A stretch of DNA of 56,951 bases, from positions 1 through 56,951 of the forward strand of contig CAMEIU010000001.1 in the NCBI GenBank assembly GCA_945918815.1. The letters are read 5' to 3'. The position numbers were made by a program, and so were the translations under genes. Every line of letters starts with the position of its first letter. The first letter of the stretch is position 1. A model generated the notes under the pieces. It did not search any database and had not been told where the DNA came from. It saw only the letters and a list, made by a program, of their open reading frames with translations. This DNA is from an uncultured Clostridia bacterium. Lineage in GTDB: Bacteria > Bacillota > Clostridia > Oscillospirales > Oscillospiraceae. Shown here piece after piece: positions 16,746 to 24,767 of this stretch.

Positions 16746-19700
16746 TTACTCCGTCCTCAATGCCTCCACCGGGTCTTTTTTGGCGGCCAGGCGGGAGGGG
16801 ACGAGACCGGCCAGGAGGGTCAGGACCATGGAGATGGCAATCAGGATCAACGCGGCCTGCCAGGGCAGGATGGCGTTGAGGCTCTGGATGCCGGTCAGGT
16901 GATGGACGATGGCGTTGATGGGCAGGGTCAGCAGCAGCGTTACGGCGATGCCCAACACGCCGGATACAAAGCCTTCAATCAGGGTCTCGGCGTTGAACAC
17001 CTGGGAGATATTGCCCTTGGACGCGCCCACGGCCCGGAGAATGCCGATCTCCTTGGTCCGCTCCAGCACGGAGATATAGGTGATGATGCTGATCATGATG
17101 GAGGACACCACCAGGGAAATGGCCACAAAGGCGATGAGCACATAGGAGATGGCGTTGATGATGGTGGTGATGGAGGACATGAGCAGGGCCACATAGTCGG
17201 TGTAGGTGATCTCGTCGTCGGCATTCTCCGCGCTGTCGTTGTAGGCCGTGATACAGTCTGCGATGGCGTCCTTCCCTGCGAAGGTAGCGGCGTAGATGCT
17301 GATGGAGGACGGCGTGTTCCGGTCCACATAGCCCAGCAGCTCCAGGTTGTCCTCATAGGTGGACTTGGACACCGTGGGCGGCATGTAGCGGTCGTAGAGA
17401 TAGGCGTACTGGCTGTCGCTGAACTGTAGGGACGCCAGCTGTTCCGGCGGCAGCTGGGACAGGGCGAACTGTTCCTCGGTGATTTCCCCGGCCTGCAAGG
17501 CCATGGCCAGCTGCTCCGCCGGGGTCTGGGCCAAAAGCTGGATGGCAGCCAGGTCCTCGTCGGAGATGCTGCCCAGGTCCAGATAGGAGGCCAGCTGCTC
17601 GCTGCTCAGCGCGGCCAGCTGCTCCTGCATGGTTTCTTTGTACTGCTCCGCGGCCTGCTCCCGGATGGCTTCCTCCACCCGGCTGAATAGGTCCTCGTCG
17701 GACATGCCGGAGATATAGTCCATGACCGTGGATTCATCCACGCCCATCTCCTGGGCGTAGACCTCCGTCACCTGGGCCTCGATGTCTGCCCGGGTCAGGT
17801 CCTGCATGGCTTCTTTCACGGTGTTGTCCAGGAATTCCTTCGAGGGCTGGGAGACTGCGTCCAGGTACATGGCGGCTTTTTTCTCCGTGTCCTGTTCTGC
17901 AAGATAGTCCAGCATGGCGGCCCGCTTTTCTTCCTGGCTCGGTTCCGCATCGTCCGGCGTGGGGAAGGGCAGGCCCGTGAGCACGTCGGTGTCCGGGTCC
18001 TCCAGCTGGGCGGTGAGAATGGGCTGTTCCTCCAGCCGGTCCAGCACATAGTCCGTCAAAAGGCTGGTATAGCCCATGGAGCCGGAGAGCATGGTGGCCG
18101 TGGCGTCGGCGTTGGGCCGGATGATTCCCACCACCTTCAGGGTGATTCCGGCGGCGTCGGAATTGTAGAGGAATTCCAGACCGGCGCCGGTGGTCCGAAG
18201 ATCGTTGTAGGTTCCGGTGGACGGATCCAGCTCGTAGCACTCCGAGGGGAGCAGCAGCTTGTAGGTTTTGCCGCAGAGCTCTTCATAGGTCCAGGACTGG
18301 TCTTCCTCAGTCTCGATCTCCGTCTGCTTCATGACGGCCTCGGCAATGGCCTCCGCCCCGGCAGAATCCTTGAGGCCCAGGGCGTAGAGCATCAGGTCCG
18401 ACAGCTCGTTCCGCTCGTTGACCACCAGGACCACTTCGTCGTAGGCTTCCGGCCACTGGCCGTAGAGCAGGTCGTACTGCTCCAGCATCAGGGGACTGAC
18501 GGCCTCGCCGTTCTCTCCGGGCAGCATTTCCTCCCAGATGTTCATGGAGCCGAAGCCCATCAAGTTGTTCATATAGGCCGAGGACAGGCCCGAAGCCCCC
18601 TCGCCGTAGATGCCGCTGAGGGCTTGCTCGATCAGGTCCAGAATGTCGGATTTGACGATCTCTCCCGACGGATCCTGGGCGTAGATCTCCATGTTCAGAT
18701 CATAGGTGTACTGAATGGCGCTTACATGTTCCCGGATGGGGCTGTCCGGGTCGTCCAGATAGGCCCGGAAGGGCTGGAGGTTGTTGGTCTGAGCCTCGGC
18801 GGAGTTGAGGCTGTTCATCATGTCGTACATGACCGTGCTGGCATAGACCCGGGCATCGTGGGGTCGGCCTGCAAGGGCCTCGTCGTGGGCGCCCATCATG
18901 GCGGTCATCATCGCCGTCATGTCGGTGGTCTCCGCCTCGATCTGGATGGGGTAGGAGGAAAGGGTGTCCTCCTGGACCTGGTCGATGTAGGTCTGGATGC
19001 CGTTGGACAGAGAGAGAATCAGGGCGATGCCGATGATGCCGATGGCCCCGGCGAAGGCTGTGAGAATGGTGCGGCCCTTTTTGGTCATCAGATTGTTGAG
19101 AGACAGGCCCAAGGCCGTACCCATGGACATGGAGGGCTTTTTGTGCTTGCCTTCCGTGTACCGGGCCTCCCGGCGGGGTTCCGCGGCCTCTTCTTCCGCG
19201 GCATAGGGGGCGGAATCGCCGACGATCCGGCCGTCCTTCAAATGCACGGTGCGGGTGGCGTATTGCTGGGCCAGCTCCGGGTTGTGGGTGACCATGATGA
19301 CCAGCCGGTCCTGGGAGACCTCCTTCAGAATCTCCATGACCTGGACGCTGGTCTCGGAATCCAACGCGCCGGTGGGCTCGTCGGCCAGGAGAATTTCCGG
19401 GTCATTGACCAGGGCCCGGGCAATGGCCACCCGCTGCATCTGGCCGCCGGACATCTGGTTGGGCTTCTTGTGCAGCTGGTCGCCCAGACCCACGCGCTCC
19501 AGGGCCTCCTTCGCCCGGCGGCGGCGTTCCGCTTTCGAGACGCCTGAGAGGGTCAAAGCCAGCTCCACGTTGGCCAGGACGGTCTGGTGGGGGATCAGGT
19601 TGTAGCTCTGGAACACAAAGCCGATGGAGTGGTTTCGGTAGGCGTCCCAGTCCCGGTCTTTGAACTCCTTGGTGGAGCGGCCGCCGATCAGCAGGTCGCC

Positions 19701-19877
19701 GTTGGTGTACTGGTCCAGACCGCCGATGATGTTCAGGAGGGTGGTTTTGCCGCAGCCGGAGTGGCCCAGAACGGCCACGAATTCACAGGGCCGGAAGCAG
19801 ATGTCCAGTCCCCGCAGGGCGTGGACCTGGTTGACGCCTTCACCGTAGACCTTGGTGATTTGTTTGAGTTTCAGCAT
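16746..19877 (-). CDS. Fused ABC transporter: N-terminal ATPase + MacB/FtsX-type permease with a very large extracytoplasmic domain
   Basis: Start at [12 protein letters not shown] (ATG 19877). Walker [10 protein letters not shown], signature [14 protein letters not shown], Walker [11 protein letters not shown]1 near [21 protein letters not shown], then about 650 aa, then an FtsX-like C-terminal TM bundle. Confidence 0.88.
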   Translation of the reverse strand: MLKLKQITKVYGEGVNQVHALRGLDICFRPCEFVAVLGHSGCGKTTLLNIIGGLDQYTNGDLLIGGRSTKEFKDRDWDAYRNHSIGFVFQSYNLIPHQTVLANVELALTLSGVSKAERRRRAKEALERVGLGDQLHKKPNQMSGGQMQRVAIARALVNDPEILLADEPTGALDSETSVQVMEILKEVSQDRLVIMVTHNPELAQQYATRTVHLKDGRIVGDSAPYAAEEEAAEPRREARYTEGKHKKPSMSMGTALGLSLNNLMTKKGRTILTAFAGAIGIIGIALILSLSNGIQTYIDQVQEDTLSSYPIQIEAETTDMTAMMTAMMGAHDEALAGRPHDARVYASTVMYDMMNSLNSAEAQTNNLQPFRAYLDDPDSPIREHVSAIQYTYDLNMEIYAQDPSGEIVKSDILDLIEQALSGIYGEGASGLSSAYMNNLMGFGSMNIWEEMLPGENGEAVSPLMLEQYDLLYGQWPEAYDEVVLVVNERNELSDLMLYALGLKDSAGAEAIAEAVMKQTEIETEEDQSWTYEELCGKTYKLLLPSECYELDPSTGTYNDLRTTGAGLEFLYNSDAAGITLKVVGIIRPNADATATMLSGSMGYTSLLTDYVLDRLEEQPILTAQLEDPDTDVLTGLPFPTPDDAEPSQEEKRAAMLDYLAEQDTEKKAAMYLDAVSQPSKEFLDNTVKEAMQDLTRADIEAQVTEVYAQEMGVDESTVMDYISGMSDEDLFSRVEEAIREQAAEQYKETMQEQLAALSSEQLASYLDLGSISDEDLAAIQLLAQTPAEQLAMALQAGEITEEQFALSQLPPEQLASLQFSDSQYAYLYDRYMPPTVSKSTYEDNLELLGYVDRNTPSSISIYAATFAGKDAIADCITAYNDSAENADDEITYTDYVALLMSSITTIINAISYVLIAFVAISLVVSSIMISIITYISVLERTKEIGILRAVGASKGNISQVFNAETLIEGFVSGVLGIAVTLLLTLPINAIVHHLTGIQSLNAILPWQAALILIAISMVLTLLAGLVPSRLAAKKDPVEALRTE

Positions 19878-20500
19878 GAGGGGGTTCCTTCTTTCATGAT
19901 ACCGAGGCGGATAATGTCCAGCTGCCGCTCCAGCAGCTGGCGGTTGCGGGCCTCGTAGGCCGGATGGCGCATGGTGTCGGTCAGGGCGAACAGGCCGATT
20001 CCCACCAGCATGTGCATCACCGCGAAGCACTGCTCCCGGCTTTCCACCGGATAACCGGTGGATTCCAGCAGCTCCATGGTTCCCTGGGCCAGGGCTTCCA
20101 AATCCAGCAGCTCGGAAAACTGCCGGAAATCCAGCTCGGTGTTCAGGCGGACCAGCTTGAAGATCCGGGTCTGGTCCAGGTTGCATTTGGCCTGATTTTT
20201 GCGCCACAAAAGCAGATCGTAGACGCCGGGAATGGCCGCGAACAGGTCGTTGCCGTGGACGGTCAGCTGGGCCAGGAACATCTCCTTTGCGGACTGAATG
20301 CAGGTCTGGAGCAGGTAGGCGAACACATCCTGCTTGCCGGAAAAATACTGGTAGAAGCTGCCGCGGGAGATTCCGGCGGTTTGGATGATCTTGTTGATGG
20401 AAGCGTCCATATAGGACACGGTGGTGAACTCCTGCCAGACGGCGTCCATGAGACGCTGCCGCTTGGCCTCCGGCAGGTTGAAAAAGGTGGGATAAGGCAT
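19871..20500 (-). CDS. TetR/AcrR-family transcriptional regulator
   Basis: N-terminal HTH (SINKIIQTAGISRGSFYQYFSGKQDVF). The stop overlaps the ABC gene start by 7 nt. GGGGAGG lies upstream of the ATG. Confidence 0.88.
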   Translation of the reverse strand: MPYPTFFNLPEAKRQRLMDAVWQEFTTVSYMDASINKIIQTAGISRGSFYQYFSGKQDVFAYLLQTCIQSAKEMFLAQLTVHGNDLFAAIPGVYDLLLWRKNQAKCNLDQTRIFKLVRLNTELDFRQFSELLDLEALAQGTMELLESTGYPVESREQCFAVMHMLVGIGLFALTDTMRHPAYEARNRQLLERQLDIIRLGIMKEGTPSC

Positions 20501-20526
20501 GAACAGACCTCCCCAAGAATGAAATA

Positions 20527-20562
20527 TGACAGGGTGTCACAATCATACATGACACCCTGTCA
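20527..20562. promoter_or_regulatory. Twin 13-bp palindromic boxes, candidate TetR operator
   Basis: TGACAGGGTGTCA (20527-20539) and TGACACCCTGTCA (20550-20562), 10 bp apart and 27-62 nt upstream of the tetR start. Confidence 0.55.
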
Positions 20563-20599
20563 CAAGTCAAGGGGAAGCCAGGCGGCTTTCACAAATTAT

Positions 20600-20756
20600 T
20601 TACAATTGGATTGGAGAAATTGACAATGAACGTATCCGCGGATGCGGATGATTTGAAATTTGCACAGGATCCTCGTGCCCCCTCTATAAGGTGCATCATC
20701 CGTCCCTGCGGTGGTGGTCGGGAATCTGACGGGCGGCTGATAGCCGCCCCTACAGA
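20600..20756. repeat. Mosaic of a family-C tail, a partial family-B arm and a family-D hairpin
   Basis: ttacaattggattggagaaattgacaatga; gatgatttgaaatttgcacaggatcctcgtgccccct; gggcggctgatagccgcccctacag. Confidence 0.65.
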
Positions 20757-20776
20757 GCGTGTTCTGGAGGGTATAT

Positions 20777-21472
20777 TCAATCATCCGCTGTCCATTCCGC
20801 TTCTGTTAGCCGGAGGCCTGCGGTGCTGGTGACGGGCAGGGAGAGGGCGATGGCTTTGGCCTTGCTGCGCAGGCCCGCTTTTTCCATGACGGCCTGCATG
20901 ATCGCGTTTTTGTCGGCGGTAGGGACCACGATCAGCACCGCCTCCTTCTCCGAGGCCAGGGAGAAGCCCAGGAATTTTTCGGCGGCCTCCATGCCGGTGC
21001 CCTTGCCGTGGATCACGGTGCCGCCGCCGGCTTTGGCTGCTCTGGCGGCATCCATGATCAGCTCCGAATAGCCCTGGTTGGCAATGATGAGCAGCAGCTC
21101 ATAGCGGGTTTCCTTCAAGGTCGATTCCTCTCCTTTCTCAAATGCCTGCCCATTCAGCAGAAATTGCAGCTGCTTTTTCCCGCCGATGCTGCTGATGGGG
21201 ATGATAAAGGCGATGCCCGTGCCGGGCACATCGATGTGCATCCGTTTTTGCAGATTGCACTTAACGGCTTTCCAGGTCTCTTCCGTCACGACGGATGCAA
21301 AGATGGCTTTTTCGGCGGCGGCCAGACCGAAGTAATCCAGAATGTCCGAGGCCGCCGTGCCGCGGCCCAGGGTTACCATCCCCAGGGTCACGCCCAGCTC
21401 GGCGTAGAGGTCGTAGAAGCGGCCGGCCTGCCGCCGGTTGACGATGGAGACCATGAGATATAATTCGTGCAT
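20777..21472 (-). CDS. Tandem PII-like (GlnB-fold-like) protein of unknown ligand
   Basis: 231 aa made of two halves of about 100 aa, each beta-alpha-beta-like (LMVSIVNRRQAGRFYDLYAELG... and ELLLIIANQGYSELIMDAARAAKAGGGTVIHGKGTG). AAGGAGG SD. Lies 12 nt after the DUF1538-like gene. Confidence 0.6.
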   Translation of the reverse strand: MHELYLMVSIVNRRQAGRFYDLYAELGVTLGMVTLGRGTAASDILDYFGLAAAEKAIFASVVTEETWKAVKCNLQKRMHIDVPGTGIAFIIPISSIGGKKQLQFLLNGQAFEKGEESTLKETRYELLLIIANQGYSELIMDAARAAKAGGGTVIHGKGTGMEAAEKFLGFSLASEKEAVLIVVPTADKNAIMQAVMEKAGLRSKAKAIALSLPVTSTAGLRLTEAEWTADD

Positions 21473-21484
21473 AGGCGGCCTCCT

Positions 21485-23032
21485 TTACAATTCAATGATG
21501 GCGTCGTCATCCAGCAATGCGAAGGCCAGGACGGCGTCGGGGACCTTGGCGGTCCGGCCGGCGCGGGACTTTTTCCACTGAGAGACCAGGCCTAAAATCT
21601 GGATGGTGATCAGCGGCGTCATAGCCACCATGGCTACTACGCCGAACGCGTCGGTGATCAGATTGCCTCCGGCGGCGGTACAAGCGCCCTGGGCCAGGGG
21701 CAGCAGGAAGGCGGCGGTCATGGGACCGGAGGCCACGCCGCCGGAGTCGAAGGCGATGGCGGTGTAGAGCTTCGGCACAAAGAAGGAAATGACGATGGCG
21801 ATGAGGTAGCCCGGAATCAGGAACCACATGATGGAGATTCCCGTCAGGACCCGCACCATGGCGATGCCCACAGACAGGGCCACGCCGATGGACAGGCTGG
21901 TTCCCATGGCGTGAGCGGAGATGGCGCCGTCGGTCATTTCCTCCACCTGCTTGTTGAGCACATAGACGGCCGGCTCGGCCTTGACAAGGAAGAAGCCCAT
22001 GACCATGCCGATGGGAATGAGGATCCAGGGCCAGCTGGACCCGGCCAGAACCTGGCCCAGATAGTTGCCGGCGGGCATAAAGCCCACGTTGACGCCGGTG
22101 AGGAACAGTACCAATCCCACATAGGTGTAGACCAGACCAACGCCGATCTTCATCAGATTCCGACGTGTCAGGTCCCGCCCCACCAGCTGGAACAGGGCAA
22201 AGAAGACCACAATGGGCAGCAGGGAGACGGCGATCTCCCGGATGTAAGTCGGCAGCCCCACCCGGAACAGGGACCACAGTTCCACGGAATCGGACACCTC
22301 GGGAATGGTGGGCGGCACATAGGCGCTCTCCTGCGGATGATAGATCATGCCCAGCAGCAGGACCGCCGCGATGGGGCCCACAGAGCAGAGGGCCACCAGA
22401 CCGAAGCTGTCGTCCGCCGCGTGGCGGTCGCTTCGGATGGCACTGACGCCGACGCCCAGGGCCATAATAAAGGGCACCGTCATGGGACCGGTGGTGACGC
22501 CGCCGGAGTCAAAAGCCACACTGAGGAAATCCTTGGGAACAAACAGGGCCAGGACAAATACCGCCGCGTAAAAAACCAGCAGCAAATTCCGAAGGGGGAT
22601 ACCAATCAGCATACGAAGCAAGGCAAGGACCAGAAATATGCCCACGCCCACGGCCACGGAAAGGATCAGGACCATGTTGGGAACAGACGGCACCTGATTG
22701 GCCAGAACCTGCAGATCCGGCTCAGAGATGGTGATGATGAAGCCCAGCAGGAAGGACAGGCCGAGGATGATCCAGATGTTCTTGCTCTGGGTCATGCGCT
22801 TGCCCACCTGCTCGCCCATGGGCGACATGGCCATCTCCGCGCCCAGGGTGAAGAACATCATGCCCACGATCAGCAGAACGCCGCCGATCAGAAAGCAGAG
22901 CAGAATGCTGGGCGAAATGGGGGCCACAGAAAAGCACAGCAGCAGCACCAGTCCGATGATCGGCAGCACCGCCTGCAGCGCCTCCCGCAGCTTCTCCTTT
23001 AATTTTTCGGTGGTGGTGTTTTTCAAAATCAA
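21485..23032 (-). CDS. Polytopic membrane protein, internally duplicated, DUF1538-like
   Basis: 515 aa, about 12-14 hydrophobic segments. The motif AFDSGGVTTGPMTVPF recurs as AFDSGGVASGPMTAAF. TTG start; the N-terminus is uncertain by a few codons. Confidence 0.6.
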   Translation of the reverse strand: MILKNTTTEKLKEKLREALQAVLPIIGLVLLLCFSVAPISPSILLCFLIGGVLLIVGMMFFTLGAEMAMSPMGEQVGKRMTQSKNIWIILGLSFLLGFIITISEPDLQVLANQVPSVPNMVLILSVAVGVGIFLVLALLRMLIGIPLRNLLLVFYAAVFVLALFVPKDFLSVAFDSGGVTTGPMTVPFIMALGVGVSAIRSDRHAADDSFGLVALCSVGPIAAVLLLGMIYHPQESAYVPPTIPEVSDSVELWSLFRVGLPTYIREIAVSLLPIVVFFALFQLVGRDLTRRNLMKIGVGLVYTYVGLVLFLTGVNVGFMPAGNYLGQVLAGSSWPWILIPIGMVMGFFLVKAEPAVYVLNKQVEEMTDGAISAHAMGTSLSIGVALSVGIAMVRVLTGISIMWFLIPGYLIAIVISFFVPKLYTAIAFDSGGVASGPMTAAFLLPLAQGACTAAGGNLITDAFGVVAMVAMTPLITIQILGLVSQWKKSRAGRTAKVPDAVLAFALLDDDAIIEL

Positions 23033-23067
23033 TACTCCGTTTCAATCGTCTGAAAGTTGGATAGGGG

Positions 23068-23262
23068 AAATTGGGATTTGTTGATGTACAGCTTTTTGTA
23101 GGGCACGGCCACCGGACGTGCCGTATGCAGGCAACTGCATCCTGGAACCAACTGCCAAACGGCGCGTCGGGTCGCGGTCCAGACCGGCCTCTCTTGCCCT
23201 TCGGGCAATTCACCTTCCCGCGCCCTACATTGGCGATACATCACATCGCCAAATCCCAATTT
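23068..23262. repeat. Family-A element, long variant with an extra 44-bp module
   Basis: aaattgggatttg...gtagggcacggccaccggacgtgcc...caactgccaaacggcgcgtcgggtcgc[ggtccagaccggcctctcttgcccttcgggcaattcaccttcc]cgcgccctaca...caaatcccaattt. Confidence 0.88.
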
Positions 23263-23309
23263 TTTGCTTCCCTGAAAATCTTAATACATCTTTATGCAAT
23301 CTTAATATC

Positions 23310-23318
23310 ATTATAACA
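23310..23318 (-). promoter_or_regulatory. Possible extended -10 promoter (TGTTATAAT) for the DUF1538/PII operon
   Basis: Minus strand reads tgTGTTATAATg. There is no good -35. Confidence 0.35.
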
Positions 23319-23322
23319 CAAA

Positions 23323-23349
23323 TCCCCAAGGGCTGGAAGCCCTTGGGGA
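23323..23349 (-). terminator. Hairpin after the molybdenum hydroxylase operon
   Basis: tccccaagggc-tgga-(a)gcccttgggga; on the minus strand it is followed by ATTTGTGTT. Confidence 0.5.
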
Positions 23350-23375
23350 AAAGTTTAAAAATTGTTGATATTTCC

Positions 23376-23870
23376 TTACTTCGGCGGCTCCAATCCCAGC
23401 CGCTTGTACATGGTTTTCCGCACGGCCCGGAGGATGTTTTCGTAGCCGGTGCAGCGGCACAGGTGGCCGGACAGGAGCTTTCGGAGCTCGTCGTCGGTGT
23501 AGAGCTTGCCAGTCTCCAGAATTTCCACGGCGGTCATGATGAAGCCGGGGGTGCAGAAGCCACACTGGATGGCGGCCTCGTCCACGAAGGCCTGCTGAAT
23601 GTCGGAAAGCTCGCCGTTGGGGCCCAGAAGGCCTTCCAACGTCCGAATGTGCTTGCCGTCGGCCCAGGCCGCCAGATACAGGCAGGAGTTGAAGCACTCG
23701 CCGTCGATGATGACATTGCACGCGCCGCACTCGCCCACCTCGCAGCCCTTCTTCACGGAGGTCAGCCGGAAATCGTTGCGGAGCATGTCGGTCAGGCTGG
23801 CCCGCACATCCACCACGGCGGTCACGTCCTTGCCGTTGATGTTGCAGTGAATCTCTTTAAACTGTGCCAT
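23376..23870 (-). CDS. Molybdenum hydroxylase [2Fe-2S] small subunit (XdhC/CoxS-like)
   Basis: CEVGECGACNV...C and QCGFCTPG...CRCTGY cysteine clusters. Confidence 0.9.
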   Translation of the reverse strand: MAQFKEIHCNINGKDVTAVVDVRASLTDMLRNDFRLTSVKKGCEVGECGACNVIIDGECFNSCLYLAAWADGKHIRTLEGLLGPNGELSDIQQAFVDEAAIQCGFCTPGFIMTAVEILETGKLYTDDELRKLLSGHLCRCTGYENILRAVRKTMYKRLGLEPPK

Positions 23871-24751
23871 CAGATCGCACCTCCCGCGAGACGGATGGAT
23901 TCCATCAGGCAGCGTTTCGCCAGCTCCACGGCGATGTGCTGCCGGAAGGCCTTGGAGGCCCGCCAGGAATCACGGGGATTGATGTCGTCCAGGACCTTTG
24001 CCCCGAAGGCCGCCACGGTGTCCATGCTGACCGGCTTGCCCTTGGCTGCGGCTTCCGCGCTGGGGGCGCGCATGGGGACGGGACCGGCCACGCCGTAGGC
24101 GATGCGGGCGTCGGCAATGGTCTTCTTGTCTTCCGACAGCTTCACGTTGACGGAGCAGCCGGTGGTGGCGATGTCCATGGCCTCCCGCATGGCGTATTTA
24201 ATATAGTATCCGTAGTAGTCCTCATAGGCCGCTTTGGGCAGGAGAATGCCGGTCTGAATCTCGTCGGGCTTCAAATCCACCGTGCCGGCCTTGATGTAGA
24301 ACTGCTGAATGGGCACCAGCCGCTTGCCGTTCTGGCCAGTCAATTCAACGACCGCGTCCCAGGCCACCAGGGTGGAGGCCGAGTCGGCGGAGGTCACGCC
24401 GTTGCAGGTGTTGCCGCCGATGGTACCGGCGTTGCGGATCTGGGGGCCGCCGACCATGTCCACGGCCTGACCCAATACATTGATGTATTTCTGAATGATG
24501 GGGTCCTTGGTGATGTGGGAGAAGCTGGTCAGGGAGCCGATGCGGATGGTTCCGTCTGTCTCCATGCTGACGCCCCGCAGTTCGTCCAGGCCGTAGATGG
24601 AAATCAGAGCCTTGCCTGCCCGCTTGCCCTCCCGCATCTGCACCAGCACGTCGGTGCCGCCGGCGATGATCTGGGCTTCGGGGTGGGCCAATCGGAGGGC
24701 CACCGCGTCCTGCACGCTGGACGCCTCATAAAATGCTGCCATATCGTACAT
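23870..24751 (-). CDS. Molybdenum hydroxylase FAD-binding subunit (CoxM/XdhB-like)
   Basis: 293 aa; IIAGGTDVLV and TIGGN FAD-binding motifs. Overlaps the neighbouring genes. Confidence 0.88.
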   Translation of the reverse strand: MYDMAAFYEASSVQDAVALRLAHPEAQIIAGGTDVLVQMREGKRAGKALISIYGLDELRGVSMETDGTIRIGSLTSFSHITKDPIIQKYINVLGQAVDMVGGPQIRNAGTIGGNTCNGVTSADSASTLVAWDAVVELTGQNGKRLVPIQQFYIKAGTVDLKPDEIQTGILLPKAAYEDYYGYYIKYAMREAMDIATTGCSVNVKLSEDKKTIADARIAYGVAGPVPMRAPSAEAAAKGKPVSMDTVAAFGAKVLDDINPRDSWRASKAFRQHIAVELAKRCLMESIRLAGGAI

Positions 24752-24767
24752 GCGTCTGCCTCCTTCC

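Noticed and set aside
16746-20570. 1274-aa version of the ABC transporter ORF
   Set aside because: The first 231 codons read through the tetR gene in a different frame and are proline/arginine-rich nonsense. A proper start ([15 protein letters not shown] 19877) overlaps the tetR stop.
23068-23262. Family-A element as a structured ncRNA or tRNA-like gene
   Set aside because: It is multi-hairpin and conserved. However, its orientation relative to flanking transcription is mixed across the six copies, it has modular insertions and deletions, and it has terminal inverted repeats. A DNA-level element fits better. This has not been excluded experimentally.
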